This document shows, piece by piece, positions 48,902-58,396 of a stretch of 64,000 nucleotides of DNA; within the stretch, counting starts at the first letter, position 1; each line of letters opens with the position of its first letter. The notes below the pieces were generated by a model that saw nothing but the letters and a program-made list of their open reading frames with translations, was not told the origin of the DNA and made no database searches. A program made the translations under genes and the position numbers. This DNA is from Spirochaetaceae bacterium (GTDB lineage Bacteria; Spirochaetota; Spirochaetia; DSM-2461): assembly GCA_051531975.1 (NCBI GenBank), contig JAOPTT010000018.1:8147-72146 (forward strand), given 5' to 3'.

Positions 48902-49651
48902 ATGCGCTATGCAGTTATTGGTTCAGGATCATCAGCGAACTCATACATATTTGAAGTAGGTGACTCTTTATACGTTATCGATAATGGATTTTCTTTGAAA
49001 CAGTTTAAAGAGAGAGTTTCTAGGCTAGGTTTTAATTATACAAAAATTAAAGGAATTTTTTTAACTCATATACATTCTGATCACAGTAAAGGGGTTGGGG
49101 CACTATCTAGAGATTTAGAAATACCTGTTTATGCACATATTGATGTAACCGGTGATTTTTACATCCATGAAGGAATAGAACCTTCTAAACATTATGTATT
49201 TGGAGAATTAAATATAATGCCTTTTGAGCTTTCCCACGACGCAGATGACTCAATTAGTTTTTATTTTAAGATAGGTGATACAAGATATACATTAATTACA
49301 GATACTGGTGTCATAACTCCTCAGATGTATGAATTGGCTAAGCGATCGGATATTCTATTTTTAGAAGCAAATTATAATGAGCAAATGTTAAAAGATGGTT
49401 CTTACCCTAGCTTTCTTAAACGTAGAATATCATCTAATGTAGGACATTTATCCAATCGAGCTGCAATTAAATTTCTAAATGATCTGAGCGAAGAGGATGA
49501 TTGTGCCATATCCTATGTCTATCTTTGCCACTTATCCAAAAATAATAATAGTATTGAAGCTGTCAAAGATGATTTTGAGGAGTATTATGACGGTGAATTC
49601 CCTTATCGTATTTGTAATAGAGATGAAGCGGTGTCGTATAAAGAACGTTAA
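48902..49651 (+). CDS. Metallo-beta-lactamase fold hydrolase (YycJ/WalJ-like)
   Basis: GSGSSAN, THIHSDH, SHDA, TDTG, EANY, GHLSN, HLS..NN. Confidence 0.92.
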   Translation: MRYAVIGSGSSANSYIFEVGDSLYVIDNGFSLKQFKERVSRLGFNYTKIKGIFLTHIHSDHSKGVGALSRDLEIPVYAHIDVTGDFYIHEGIEPSKHYVFGELNIMPFELSHDADDSISFYFKIGDTRYTLITDTGVITPQMYELAKRSDILFLEANYNEQMLKDGSYPSFLKRRISSNVGHLSNRAAIKFLNDLSEEDDCAISYVYLCHLSKNNNSIEAVKDDFEEYYDGEFPYRICNRDEAVSYKER

Positions 49652-49661
49652 ATGGTTATTT

Positions 49662-49681
49662 AAACCAGGCACTGGTTTTTT
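49662..49681 (+). terminator. Hairpin after the MBL gene (terminator and/or activator binding site)
   Basis: AAACCAG-GCA-CTGGTTT followed by Ts. Confidence 0.5.
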
Positions 49682-49728
49682 ATACCTGATTATAGTCTGT
49701 TTAACTGGTTTTATCAGCTAAAATTTAT

Positions 49729-49744
49729 TGGCATGGAATATGCA
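49729..49744 (+). promoter_or_regulatory. sigma-54 (-24/-12) promoter
   Basis: TGGCATG-GAAT-ATGCA; GG 49730-49731 and GC 49742-49743 exactly spaced; AGGGGG RBS and ATG 49767 follow. Confidence 0.75.
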
Positions 49745-49766
49745 ATGTGGTAGATAGGGGGACGCT

Positions 49767-50033
49767 ATGTTGAGTCTATTTATTGTTGGTCTATTTTTAT
49801 TCCTAAGTGCTATTTTTGTATTTAAGTTAATCCTTTTTGTTTTAGGTGTTTTATTAGCTGGAGCTGGTTTTCTAATTAAATTTGTAATACTTTTAATAAT
49901 ACTATTTCCTATTTTTCCTATAATTATTTTTTTAGCAGGTAATTTCTTTTCTTTTATATCAATTTTTCTGATAATAACTTGTGGAATAATATTATCATAT
50001 ATATTTGTTGATGACAGGCGATATAGTAGATAA
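49767..50033 (+). CDS. Small very hydrophobic membrane protein (PspG-like layout)
   Basis: 88 aa, nearly all hydrophobic, charged tail DDRRYSR; good RBS. Confidence 0.7.
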   Translation: MLSLFIVGLFLFLSAIFVFKLILFVLGVLLAGAGFLIKFVILLIILFPIFPIIIFLAGNFFSFISIFLIITCGIILSYIFVDDRRYSR

Positions 50034-50106
50034 TTATCTGGCTTTATATAGTAACATAGTGTATCCTAATGGTAAGTTTGGCAGACAAAACTATTAGGAG
50101 TGTTTA

Positions 50107-50919
50107 ATGAGTAATTTTAATTTATATAAAAAAGAAGAAGGTAAAACTTTAAGTTCAAATAATTTAAAAGATATATTTTCTGGTTGGAGAGGTGCTGAAA
50201 ATGAGCATTTCGTTTTTGTAGTTCCCCATGATGATGACGTTATTATTGGTGGTGCTCTTATTATTCAAAAGGCTATAGAAGAAGGTGCAAAAGTATCAGT
50301 TTTAATTACTACAGATGGTAGTATGGGGTACTGTACTGAAGAGCAAAGAGATACAATTACAGATGTACGATATCAAGAAACAGTAAAAGGATTGGATATC
50401 TTAGGTGTAACAAATTATACATGGTTGAATTTCCCTGACTGCAGTACTTCTAAATACATTGGAAGACGTATAGCAAAAGAGGGTGACCCTTGTATTATTG
50501 ATGGTTGTACAGGCATTGAGAATGCATATACACACCATTTAAGAAAACTAAAACCTACTAGATTGTTTGTTCCTGCTGGATCTGATCTTAATATAGATCA
50601 TAAAGTTGTTTATGATGAGTTATTGATGTCAGTTTTTCATGCAACAGGTACTATTTGGCCAAACTTAGGAGAACCTCTATCTTGGTTACCTCCAGTATAT
50701 GAAATGGCAGTATATTGTGATTTTGAATCTGATCCAAATATAAAAATTACTGGCGACGATGAAGCTCTAAATAAAAAATTAGAAGCAATACTTGCTTTCC
50801 AATCACAAACACAGATTGCAGTTTTAGTAGAAAGTACAAGAGTATCCGGTAGTGTTGAATACTATAGAGATATAAAGTTCAATTTATATTCACCAGAGAC
50901 TTATAAAGATCTTTTTTAG
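50107..50919 (+). CDS. PIG-L/LmbE family deacetylase
   Basis: PHDDD, TDGS.G, R..E, NIDH (canonical HxDH), K..A...F.SQ; AGGAG RBS. Confidence 0.88.
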   Translation: MSNFNLYKKEEGKTLSSNNLKDIFSGWRGAENEHFVFVVPHDDDVIIGGALIIQKAIEEGAKVSVLITTDGSMGYCTEEQRDTITDVRYQETVKGLDILGVTNYTWLNFPDCSTSKYIGRRIAKEGDPCIIDGCTGIENAYTHHLRKLKPTRLFVPAGSDLNIDHKVVYDELLMSVFHATGTIWPNLGEPLSWLPPVYEMAVYCDFESDPNIKITGDDEALNKKLEAILAFQSQTQIAVLVESTRVSGSVEYYRDIKFNLYSPETYKDLF

Positions 50920-51392
50920 TTTTTTGTGTAGGTCACATAGGAAAATATTAAATCAGGATTTTCTTTGTGATCTTCAACATCTGATATATTCCACTCATTA
51001 ATGAATTCAGGGAAGAATGTATCAGCATTAAATTCTTTTTCTAGGTGTGTTATATATAGTTTTTCAGCGTATGGTAGGGATTCTTTGTATATATCTCCAC
51101 CTCCTATAATAAATACTTCATCATCATTTTTTGAAATTGACATTGCTTCTTTTAGAGAATTTACTACAGTTGTTCCTTTAATATTCAAATCCATATTTCT
51201 TGTTATCACAATATTTTTCCTGTTTGGAAGAGGCCCTTTAGGTAGAGATTCAAATGTTTTTCTACCCATTATTACTGTGTGTCCTGTTGTTATTTTCTTA
51301 AATCTTGGAAGATCTCCAGGAACAAAGGTTAAAAGGTTTCCCTTGTATCCTATACCTCTATTTTTATCTATTGCAACAATTATCGATATCAT
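50916..51392 (-). CDS. folA: Dihydrofolate reductase
   Basis: [36 protein letters not shown]. Start 51392 overlaps the thyA stop (ATGA). Confidence 0.96.
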   Translation of the reverse strand: MISIIVAIDKNRGIGYKGNLLTFVPGDLPRFKKITTGHTVIMGRKTFESLPKGPLPNRKNIVITRNMDLNIKGTTVVNSLKEAMSISKNDDEVFIIGGGDIYKESLPYAEKLYITHLEKEFNADTFFPEFINEWNISDVEDHKENPDLIFSYVTYTKN

Positions 51393-52183
51393 ACTGATAT
51401 TTTTCCTTTTATTCCTGGGTGACATTCATAATTTTCTAGTGTGAAGTCTTCATAAGTAAAATCAAAAATATTTTTTATATCAGGATTTATTTTCATAGTT
51501 GGTAGAGTTTTGGGTTTCCTAGATAACTGTAATTTTACCTGCTTTAAGTGATTATTGTAAATATGTGCATCACCTATAGTATGAATGAATTCGAAGGGTT
51601 GCAGGTTTGTTACTTGAGCAATCATCTGTAGAAGTAGGGCGTATGAGGCAATATTAAAAGGCACACCTAAAAATATATCTGCACTTCTTTGGTATAATTG
51701 AAGTGATAATTTGCCATCATTTACATAAAATTGAAAAAAAGCATGACATGGAGGTAGTGCCATATTATCTATTTCTCCAACATTCCATGCGCTTACAATA
51801 TGTCTTCTTGAACCAGGGTTATTTTTTATAGCTTCTATTACTTCTGTAATCTGATCAATATGTTTTCCATTTGCTGTTGGCCAACTTCTCCATTGATAGC
51901 CATAAACAGGGCCTAGGTTTCCCTGGGGATCTGCCCATTCATTCCAAATTTTCACATTATTTTCTTGTAGATACTTAATATTAGTATCGCCTTTTAAAAA
52001 CCATAATAGTTCGTGAATTATCGATTTTAAATGTACTTTTTTAGTTGTAACTAAAGGGAATCCATTCTCTAAATTATATCTGTTTTGATAACCAAATGTA
52101 CTAATAGTTCCAGTTCCAGTTCTATCACCTTTTTGGTTTCCTATTTCTAATACATGTTGTAATAAGTCTAAATATTGTTTCAT
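51389..52183 (-). CDS. thyA: Thymidylate synthase
   Basis: DRTGTGT, ELLWFL.G, MALPPCH, YQRSAD.FLGVPFN, GDAHIY.NH. Confidence 0.98.
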   Translation of the reverse strand: MKQYLDLLQHVLEIGNQKGDRTGTGTISTFGYQNRYNLENGFPLVTTKKVHLKSIIHELLWFLKGDTNIKYLQENNVKIWNEWADPQGNLGPVYGYQWRSWPTANGKHIDQITEVIEAIKNNPGSRRHIVSAWNVGEIDNMALPPCHAFFQFYVNDGKLSLQLYQRSADIFLGVPFNIASYALLLQMIAQVTNLQPFEFIHTIGDAHIYNNHLKQVKLQLSRKPKTLPTMKINPDIKNIFDFTYEDFTLENYECHPGIKGKISV

Positions 52184-52391
52184 AGCTTAATAGTATAGGA
52201 AATAAAGTATGAAATAAAGTATGAAATGTAGAAGTTAATCTTTTTTTTTATTCTGATAAATCTAAATTATATATCTCTGAGTTTTATATTGTGGACAAAT
52301 TGTATCAATCGATTCTGTAGAACCAATGATTAATATAAACTATACTATTTTTCAAGCTTCTTTATATTTTTTCCCTTTTAATTAAAGCTCG

Positions 52392-52754
52392 TCAATTAAC
52401 TACCCTGTCAATTATAGTTAATAATGTATCCCTATTGAAAGGTTTCACAATCCACCCTTTTATCCCTGATATTGTACCCTTAATTTTCATATCATCACTA
52501 ATTTTTGTGGTCAAAAATACTATTGGAATATTTGTGTAAGGTTCTCTCTTCTTTAAGTGTGTAACAAATTCAAAACCATCCATAATGGGCATATGTACAT
52601 CAACAACAAAGATCGTTATATCATTTGTCAATTTATCTAATGCATCTTGACCATTTTCACTTTCGATAATTTCCCAACCTTCAGGTATTAAAGAATCTTT
52701 TATTAAGTTTCTTATTGTAGGTGAGTCATCGATACACATCATCTTATTGCTCAT
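52392..52754 (-). CDS. Single-domain response regulator (CheY-like)
   Basis: IDDS, VDVHMP.MDG, LTT, GWIVKPF; GAGGAG RBS. Confidence 0.92.
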   Translation of the reverse strand: MSNKMMCIDDSPTIRNLIKDSLIPEGWEIIESENGQDALDKLTNDITIFVVDVHMPIMDGFEFVTHLKKREPYTNIPIVFLTTKISDDMKIKGTISGIKGWIVKPFNRDTLLTIIDRVVN

Positions 52755-53016
52755 ATTATATTCTCCTCATTCAATAATTTGCCATACCACCTTATCATTT
52801 ATCAGTTAATGTTATTAATTCATTTGCTAAATTATCAACTGAACGTTGCATCAATCTAATAACTTCTTTACTTAAATCTTCTGTATTATATATTTTGTGA
52901 TTATCTTCTTGTTTTATCCCATGGGTAATATTAGTAGAATTGATTTTGCTTCTATTAAAATGTTTTAACATGTATTAAATATAAGATATCAGTATTCGAT
53001 TTGCAATTTTATTAAT

Positions 53017-53043
53017 AAAAAAAGGTGCTCGACATGAGCACCT
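53017..53043 (-). terminator. Intrinsic terminator of the fab operon
   Basis: On the minus strand AGGTGCTC-ATGTC-GAGCACCT followed by a T-run, just after the fabV stop. Confidence 0.9.
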
Positions 53044-53071
53044 CGTAATATTTTGATATTATACTATAAAC

Positions 53072-54241
53072 TTATAGAAAACTTACATCTGCATTATAGT
53101 CAACATCATCGAAACCAAAACCATGAAGTTTTAGAAAGTCAGATTTGTATGATTCAATGTCAGTTGTTTCTATTAAAGTTTCTGATGTAATTGAGTCCCA
53201 ATGTTTAGCAATTTCTGCTTGAACATCTTCTCTCATTTCCAGGTCATCTAATCTAAGTCTACCAACTTCATCAACAATAACATTAGAACCATTGTAGATT
53301 TTCTCTACAAACATTCTTTGCATTTGCTCTATGCATCCTTCATGAATACCTTTTTCTTTCATAATTTTAAATAACAATGAAATATATAAAGGAACAACAG
53401 GAATAACTGATGAACTTCTAGTTACTAATGCTTTATTTACAGAAACCCAAGCATTACCACCTAAGTCTTTAACATAATCTGTAATCTCTTTAGCTGTAGC
53501 TTCTAAATGTTCTTTAGCTTTACCAATAGTTCCCTTTCTATATACTGCCATAGTTAATTCAGGGCCAATATATGAGTATGCTAAAGTTTTAAAACATTCT
53601 TCTAGAACATCAGCTTCTTTTAAAGCTTTAATCCACAACATCCAATCTTCTCCACCCATAACTTTTACAGTTGGAGCAATTTCAGATTCCTCTGCAGGGT
53701 TAATAGATACTTCTGTTACAGTTCCTTTTTCTGGATTTACTGTTTTTGCTGTATATACTTCACCTAGTGGTTTAAGACAAGATCTGTATAATTCTCCAGT
53801 ATCGGGATCAGGACGTACTGGTGATGCTAATGAATATACAATCATATCAACTTTACCAAATAGTTCTTTAATTCTTTCAATAGCTATTTTTCTTGTTTCA
53901 TGACTAAATGCATCTGCATTAATACTTTCTGCAATTAATCCTGCAGATTTAGCTTTCTCATCAAATGCTCTGCTATTGTAAAATCCAGGTGTAGCCGGTC
54001 TTTTTTCAGTTCCCTCTTTTTCAAATGAAATGCTTAAAGTACCTGCATCTGATCCATATGCTAAAGATATTCTAGAAGATAATCCATAACCAGTTGAACC
54101 ACCTACAACTAATACTTTTTTAGCTCCGTCAAATTTAGGTTGTGATTTCACAAAATCTATCTCTGTTTGTACTGAATGTGCACACCCAACTGGGTGAGCT
54201 GTCATACATATACCATTTCTAATTCTTGGTTCTACTATCAT
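53072..54241 (-). CDS. fabV: Enoyl-ACP reductase FabV / trans-2-enoyl-CoA reductase
   Basis: AHPVGC, G.STGYGL, YSLASP.R, VMGGEDW, YSYIG......Y..GTIG.AK, HEGCIEQ. Confidence 0.95.
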   Translation of the reverse strand: MIVEPRIRNGICMTAHPVGCAHSVQTEIDFVKSQPKFDGAKKVLVVGGSTGYGLSSRISLAYGSDAGTLSISFEKEGTEKRPATPGFYNSRAFDEKAKSAGLIAESINADAFSHETRKIAIERIKELFGKVDMIVYSLASPVRPDPDTGELYRSCLKPLGEVYTAKTVNPEKGTVTEVSINPAEESEIAPTVKVMGGEDWMLWIKALKEADVLEECFKTLAYSYIGPELTMAVYRKGTIGKAKEHLEATAKEITDYVKDLGGNAWVSVNKALVTRSSSVIPVVPLYISLLFKIMKEKGIHEGCIEQMQRMFVEKIYNGSNVIVDEVGRLRLDDLEMREDVQAEIAKHWDSITSETLIETTDIESYKSDFLKLHGFGFDDVDYNADVSFL

Positions 54242-54244
54242 CTC

Positions 54245-55477
54245 TTAATCCTCAAACTGCTTAAATATAAGTGAACCATTATGTCCACCAAAACCTAATG
54301 AATCTGTTAAAGCTGCTTTAATCTCGCCTTTAACACCTTTTCCTTTCACATAGTCTAAATCACACTTTTCATCTTCTGTTTCTAAACCAATTGTAGGAGG
54401 GAAGTAGTTGTTATTGATTGCTAAGATAGAAAGAATTGCTTCTATTCCCCCAGCTGCACCAACACAGTGTCCCGTCATTCCTTTAGTAGAAGAAACTTTT
54501 AATTTATATGCATGTTCACCAAAAGCAGTTTTAATTGCGTTTGTTTCAATAGGATCATTTTTAGGTGTTGAAGTACCATGAGCGTTAATATATTGGATAT
54601 CTTCTGGCTCCATACCTGCATCTTTTAATGCAACCATCATTGATCTTGCACCACCTTCACCATCAGGAGATGGAGCAGTAATGTGTCCAGCGTCACAAGT
54701 TTGACCATAACCTGCAAGTTCAGCATAAATATGTGCACCTCTTGCTTTTGCATGTTCTAACTCTTCTAAGATTACGACACCAGCACCTTCACCTAAAGTA
54801 AATCCATCTCTATCTTTATCAAATGGTCTACAAGCTGTTTTGGGATCATTATTTGTAGTTAAAGCTTGGATTTTACAGAAACCATCAATTGCTAATAATG
54901 ATATTGGAGCTTCCATTCCACCAGTAATAACCATATCAGTTTGGCCACATCTAATAGACATTAAAGCATTACCAATTGCATCTGTTCCTGCAGCACAAGC
55001 TGTAACAACGGCATGACACGGACCTTTTATTCCATGCATAATAGCAACGTTAGCAGGGCCTTCGTTTAAAATAAGTTTTGGAATTGTCATAGGAGCTACA
55101 CTTTTATCTCTAAAAATCTGTCTATAACCATCTTCAATTACTTCAAATCCACCAATTCCATTACCCAAAATAACACCGGCTCTATAAGGGTCGAATGTTC
55201 CATCTTTTAAACCTGCATCATCCATTGCTTCTTTCGCAGCAACACATGCAAATTGTGTAAATCTGGCCATCTGTCTAGCAGCTCTTTTGTCAATAAAATC
55301 AGATGCTTTCCAATCTTTAACTTCTGCTGACACTTTTGAAGGAAATCTTTCTACATCAACTAAAGTTGTAGGCCCAATTCCACACTCTCCATTCTGAACT
55401 GCTGTCCATGTATCTTTAACGTTTTTTGCAAGTGGGTTTACTGTTCCCATTCCTGTTACAACGACTCTTCTTCTCAT
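54245..55477 (-). CDS. fabF: 3-oxoacyl-ACP synthase II
   Basis: RRVVVTG.G, TACAAG, NAHGTST, KGMTGH, SLGFGGHN. Confidence 0.97.
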   Translation of the reverse strand: MRRRVVVTGMGTVNPLAKNVKDTWTAVQNGECGIGPTTLVDVERFPSKVSAEVKDWKASDFIDKRAARQMARFTQFACVAAKEAMDDAGLKDGTFDPYRAGVILGNGIGGFEVIEDGYRQIFRDKSVAPMTIPKLILNEGPANVAIMHGIKGPCHAVVTACAAGTDAIGNALMSIRCGQTDMVITGGMEAPISLLAIDGFCKIQALTTNNDPKTACRPFDKDRDGFTLGEGAGVVILEELEHAKARGAHIYAELAGYGQTCDAGHITAPSPDGEGGARSMMVALKDAGMEPEDIQYINAHGTSTPKNDPIETNAIKTAFGEHAYKLKVSSTKGMTGHCVGAAGGIEAILSILAINNNYFPPTIGLETEDEKCDLDYVKGKGVKGEIKAALTDSLGFGGHNGSLIFKQFED

Positions 55478-55514
55478 TTTAAAATCCTTAAAATTAAGTT
55501 AATAGCTACCAACT

Positions 55515-55716
55515 AGGTAGCTTTCAGAAAAACAACCCAAAAAGGTTACCTTCGGAAAAACAACCCAAAAAGGTTACCTTCGGAAAAACAACCAAGAAAG
55601 GTTACCTTCGGAAAAACAACCAAGAAAGGTTACCTTCGGAAAAACAACCAAGAAAGGTTACCTTCGGAAAAACAACCATTCAGGTTACCTTCGGAAAAAC
55701 AACCATTCAGGTTGTT
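55515..55716. repeat. Tandem array of seven 27-28 bp units between fabG and fabF
   Basis: Core AGGTTACCTTCGGAAAAACAACC plus a variable tail (CAAAA x2, AAGAA x3, ATTC x2). Units start at 55515 (degenerate), 55543, 55571, 55599, 55627, 55655 and 55682. Confidence 0.97.
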
Positions 55717-56466
55717 TTACATATTTAATCCACCATTAATACCAAGTACCTGACCGGTCACATATTTTGACATATCAGATGCTAAAAACAGTACAGCGTT
55801 TGCAATATCGTCTGCTTCACCAAAAGATGCTAAAGGAATTGCAGCTTTATAGTTATTCTGAACTTCTTCAGAAAGTTTATCAGTCATTGGAGAAGTAATA
55901 AAACCAGGAGCAATAGCATTTACTCTAACTGATCTAGAACCAATCTCTTTAGCTAATGCTTTAGTAAGACCTAACATCCCAGCTTTAGAAGCACAGTAGT
56001 TTGTTTGACCAGGATTACCTTGAACACCTACAACAGAAGACATATTGATTATAGAACCAGTTCTTTTTTTCATCATAGATCTAGACAATTCTCTAGACAT
56101 TAAAAAAGCTGATTTTAAGTTGATGTTCATTACATCATCCCAATCTTTAGATTTCATTCTCATCATAAGGCCATCTCTAGTTATACCAGCATTATTAACT
56201 AATATATCAATTTGACCAGCATGTTCTAAAATTTCTTTACAAACAGAAACAACTTGATCTTCGTTACTAACATCTGCAGTATAACCAAAAATCTCAACAC
56301 CATTTTCTTTTGCAAGAGCTTCCATCTTAGATGCTTCTGGATCTACTCCAAGATCTAAGTTGTAAACAGTAGCTCCATTTTCGATTGCTTTTGTAGCTAT
56401 AGCTTTACCGATTCCTCTTGAACCACCAGTTACTAATAGTTTTTTTCCCTCTAATAATTTAGACAT
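55717..56466 (-). CDS. fabG: 3-oxoacyl-ACP reductase
   Basis: TGGSRGIG, NNAGITRD, NYCASKAG, NAIAPGFI. Confidence 0.96.
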   Translation of the reverse strand: MSKLLEGKKLLVTGGSRGIGKAIATKAIENGATVYNLDLGVDPEASKMEALAKENGVEIFGYTADVSNEDQVVSVCKEILEHAGQIDILVNNAGITRDGLMMRMKSKDWDDVMNINLKSAFLMSRELSRSMMKKRTGSIINMSSVVGVQGNPGQTNYCASKAGMLGLTKALAKEIGSRSVRVNAIAPGFITSPMTDKLSEEVQNNYKAAIPLASFGEADDIANAVLFLASDMSKYVTGQVLGINGGLNM

Positions 56467-57391
56467 TGCTTACTCCTTGAATATCTTCTAATGTTCCAGA
56501 TGGAACACATTTAAATTCTTTATCGATTCCAGAAAAAAGTCCAGTTAAAACTTTTCCTGGTCCACTTTCATATCCTGCAGTAAAACCTGCTGCTTTTATT
56601 TTTTCTTCTATTGCAATCCATCTTACTGGGCTTACAATTTGTTCACCACATAGTTTTTTTGCTTCATCACCAGATGAAATAACATCGCCAGTTACATTTG
56701 AATATATTGGCATTGTAGGGTCTTTAAACTCAATAGTTTTTAAGAACTCTTCAAATTGACTCTTTGCATCATCTAATAGAGGTGAGTGAAAAGGACCTGA
56801 AACAGCAAGATGTACAACTCTTCGAGCACCAGCTTCTTTTAAAAGTGGCTCAATTTCTAATAATCCAGCTTTTAAACCTGATATAACAGTCTGAGCAGGG
56901 CTATTATAGTTAGCCATGTAAACACCTTCTATACCTGAGGACTTTATTACATTTTCTATTTGCTCAGGTGTAATTCTTAATACTGCAGACATACCAGTTT
57001 CACCCTTTGTATCCTTAAGACCTGCACATACAGATGCCATAACATCCCCACGCTTCTTTACTAATTTAAAGACATCGGAAGTCGTTACTACTCCAGCAGT
57101 TACTAGTGCTGCATACTCTCCTAAAGAGAAACCAGCAACACCTTCTGGAACAATACCTTTTTCTTTCAACATTATAGTTGTTGCTAAGTTAACTAAAGTT
57201 ATTGCTACCTGAGTATTATCTGTCTGTTTTAAATCTTCAGCAGATCCGTTAAAAAGTAACTCTTTAACATCAATTCCTGTTTCCTTAGTTGCAATATCAA
57301 ACAACTCTTTTACTGAATCTGAATTATCATAAAAGTCAGTTCCCATTTTAGGGTATTGAGCACCCTGTCCTGGATATAAAAATACATTCAT
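56459..57391 (-). CDS. fabD: Malonyl-CoA:ACP transacylase
   Basis: PGQGAQ, GFSLGEY, R, SGPFHS, SPVRW, GPGKVL. Confidence 0.96.
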   Translation of the reverse strand: MNVFLYPGQGAQYPKMGTDFYDNSDSVKELFDIATKETGIDVKELLFNGSAEDLKQTDNTQVAITLVNLATTIMLKEKGIVPEGVAGFSLGEYAALVTAGVVTTSDVFKLVKKRGDVMASVCAGLKDTKGETGMSAVLRITPEQIENVIKSSGIEGVYMANYNSPAQTVISGLKAGLLEIEPLLKEAGARRVVHLAVSGPFHSPLLDDAKSQFEEFLKTIEFKDPTMPIYSNVTGDVISSGDEAKKLCGEQIVSPVRWIAIEEKIKAAGFTAGYESGPGKVLTGLFSGIDKEFKCVPSGTLEDIQGVSNV

Positions 57392-57400
57392 CTATGTCTC

Positions 57401-58384
57401 CTAATATCTAATAAGGTTTGCTGCGTATGTTAATCCAGCACCAAATCCCATTGTTATAATATAATCGCCTCTTTTGATTTCACCTTTTTCGTATATCTCA
57501 TTAAGTGCTAAACCAATTGAAGCCGCTGAAGTATTTCCATAATCTTTTAAGTTCATATAGAATTTATTTTCATCAATTTTTAATCTTCTAGCAGCAGCTC
57601 TGATTATTCGATAATTAGCTTGGTGAGGAACTATCCATCTAATATCGTCGGCTGTTAGGTCATGTCTTTCTAATAACTCTTTTAACATCTCTGTATTTAC
57701 TCTTACAGCAAAATTATAAACAGCTTGTCCATCCATAGATAAAGAAATATCTTCCTTTTTAGGTAGATAATTCTTTATAGGATTTCTAGAACCACCTACT
57801 TTTATTTTTAATGCATCTTCACCAGTACCATCAGCTTTAATAATAGAATCTATTATATCACCTTCGCCTTCTTTAGATTCAGTTAATATTAATGCACCTG
57901 CACCATCACCAAATAGACAGCAAGTATTTCTATCTTCCCAATTTACAATTGAAGAAAGTTTTTCTGCACCAATAACTACAATGTTTTTCATTTTACCGTT
58001 ATTGATTAAACCTCTTGCGACTTCGATGGCATAAGCTAGGCCTGAACAACCAGCAATTAAGTCGAAAGCACCTGAATTTACGGCACCAATTTTACCTTGA
58101 ATAATACAAGATGTTGATGGAAACCCCTGAAAGTCAGGTGTTGCTGTTGCTAAAATAATCATATCCAAGTCTTCTGGTAGAAGATCTGCTCTTTTTAAAG
58201 CTATTTCTACTGCCTTTATTGCAATGTCAGAAGTTGCAGTATTTTCATCTGCTATATGTCTTTGACAAATTCCTGTTTTACTCTGTATCCACTCATCAGA
58301 AGTATCTACCATTTTTGATAAATCATCATTAGTTAGTATTTTCTCAGGAGCCCACGCTCCAATCGAAAGTATTTTAACACCCAT
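57401..58384 (-). CDS. fabH: 3-oxoacyl-ACP synthase III
   Basis: AGCSG, FGDGAGA, PHQAN.RII, GNTSAASI, GFGAGLT. Start 58384 follows a GGAGAG RBS. Confidence 0.97.
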   Translation of the reverse strand: MGVKILSIGAWAPEKILTNDDLSKMVDTSDEWIQSKTGICQRHIADENTATSDIAIKAVEIALKRADLLPEDLDMIILATATPDFQGFPSTSCIIQGKIGAVNSGAFDLIAGCSGLAYAIEVARGLINNGKMKNIVVIGAEKLSSIVNWEDRNTCCLFGDGAGALILTESKEGEGDIIDSIIKADGTGEDALKIKVGGSRNPIKNYLPKKEDISLSMDGQAVYNFAVRVNTEMLKELLERHDLTADDIRWIVPHQANYRIIRAAARRLKIDENKFYMNLKDYGNTSAASIGLALNEIYEKGEIKRGDYIITMGFGAGLTYAANLIRY

Positions 58385-58396
58385 TTGTCTCTCCAT

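Noticed and set aside
52290..52298. DnaA box (TGTGGACAA) upstream of thyA
   Set aside because: Single box with one mismatch; expected by chance.
52984..53012. sigma-28 promoter upstream of the small ORF/cheY-like gene
   Set aside because: TAAA-N14-ACTGATAT deviates from consensus in both spacing and the -10 element; too weak to call.
55515..55716. CRISPR array (tempting given the Cas2-like gene)
   Set aside because: Variable parts are only 4-5 nt and are themselves repeated; no unique spacers of about 30 nt, no leader, no adjacent cas genes.
55478..55716. acpP gene in its usual position
   Set aside because: The gap is ACP-sized, but I see no acidic ORF with a DSL phosphopantetheine motif; the sequence is almost all repeat.
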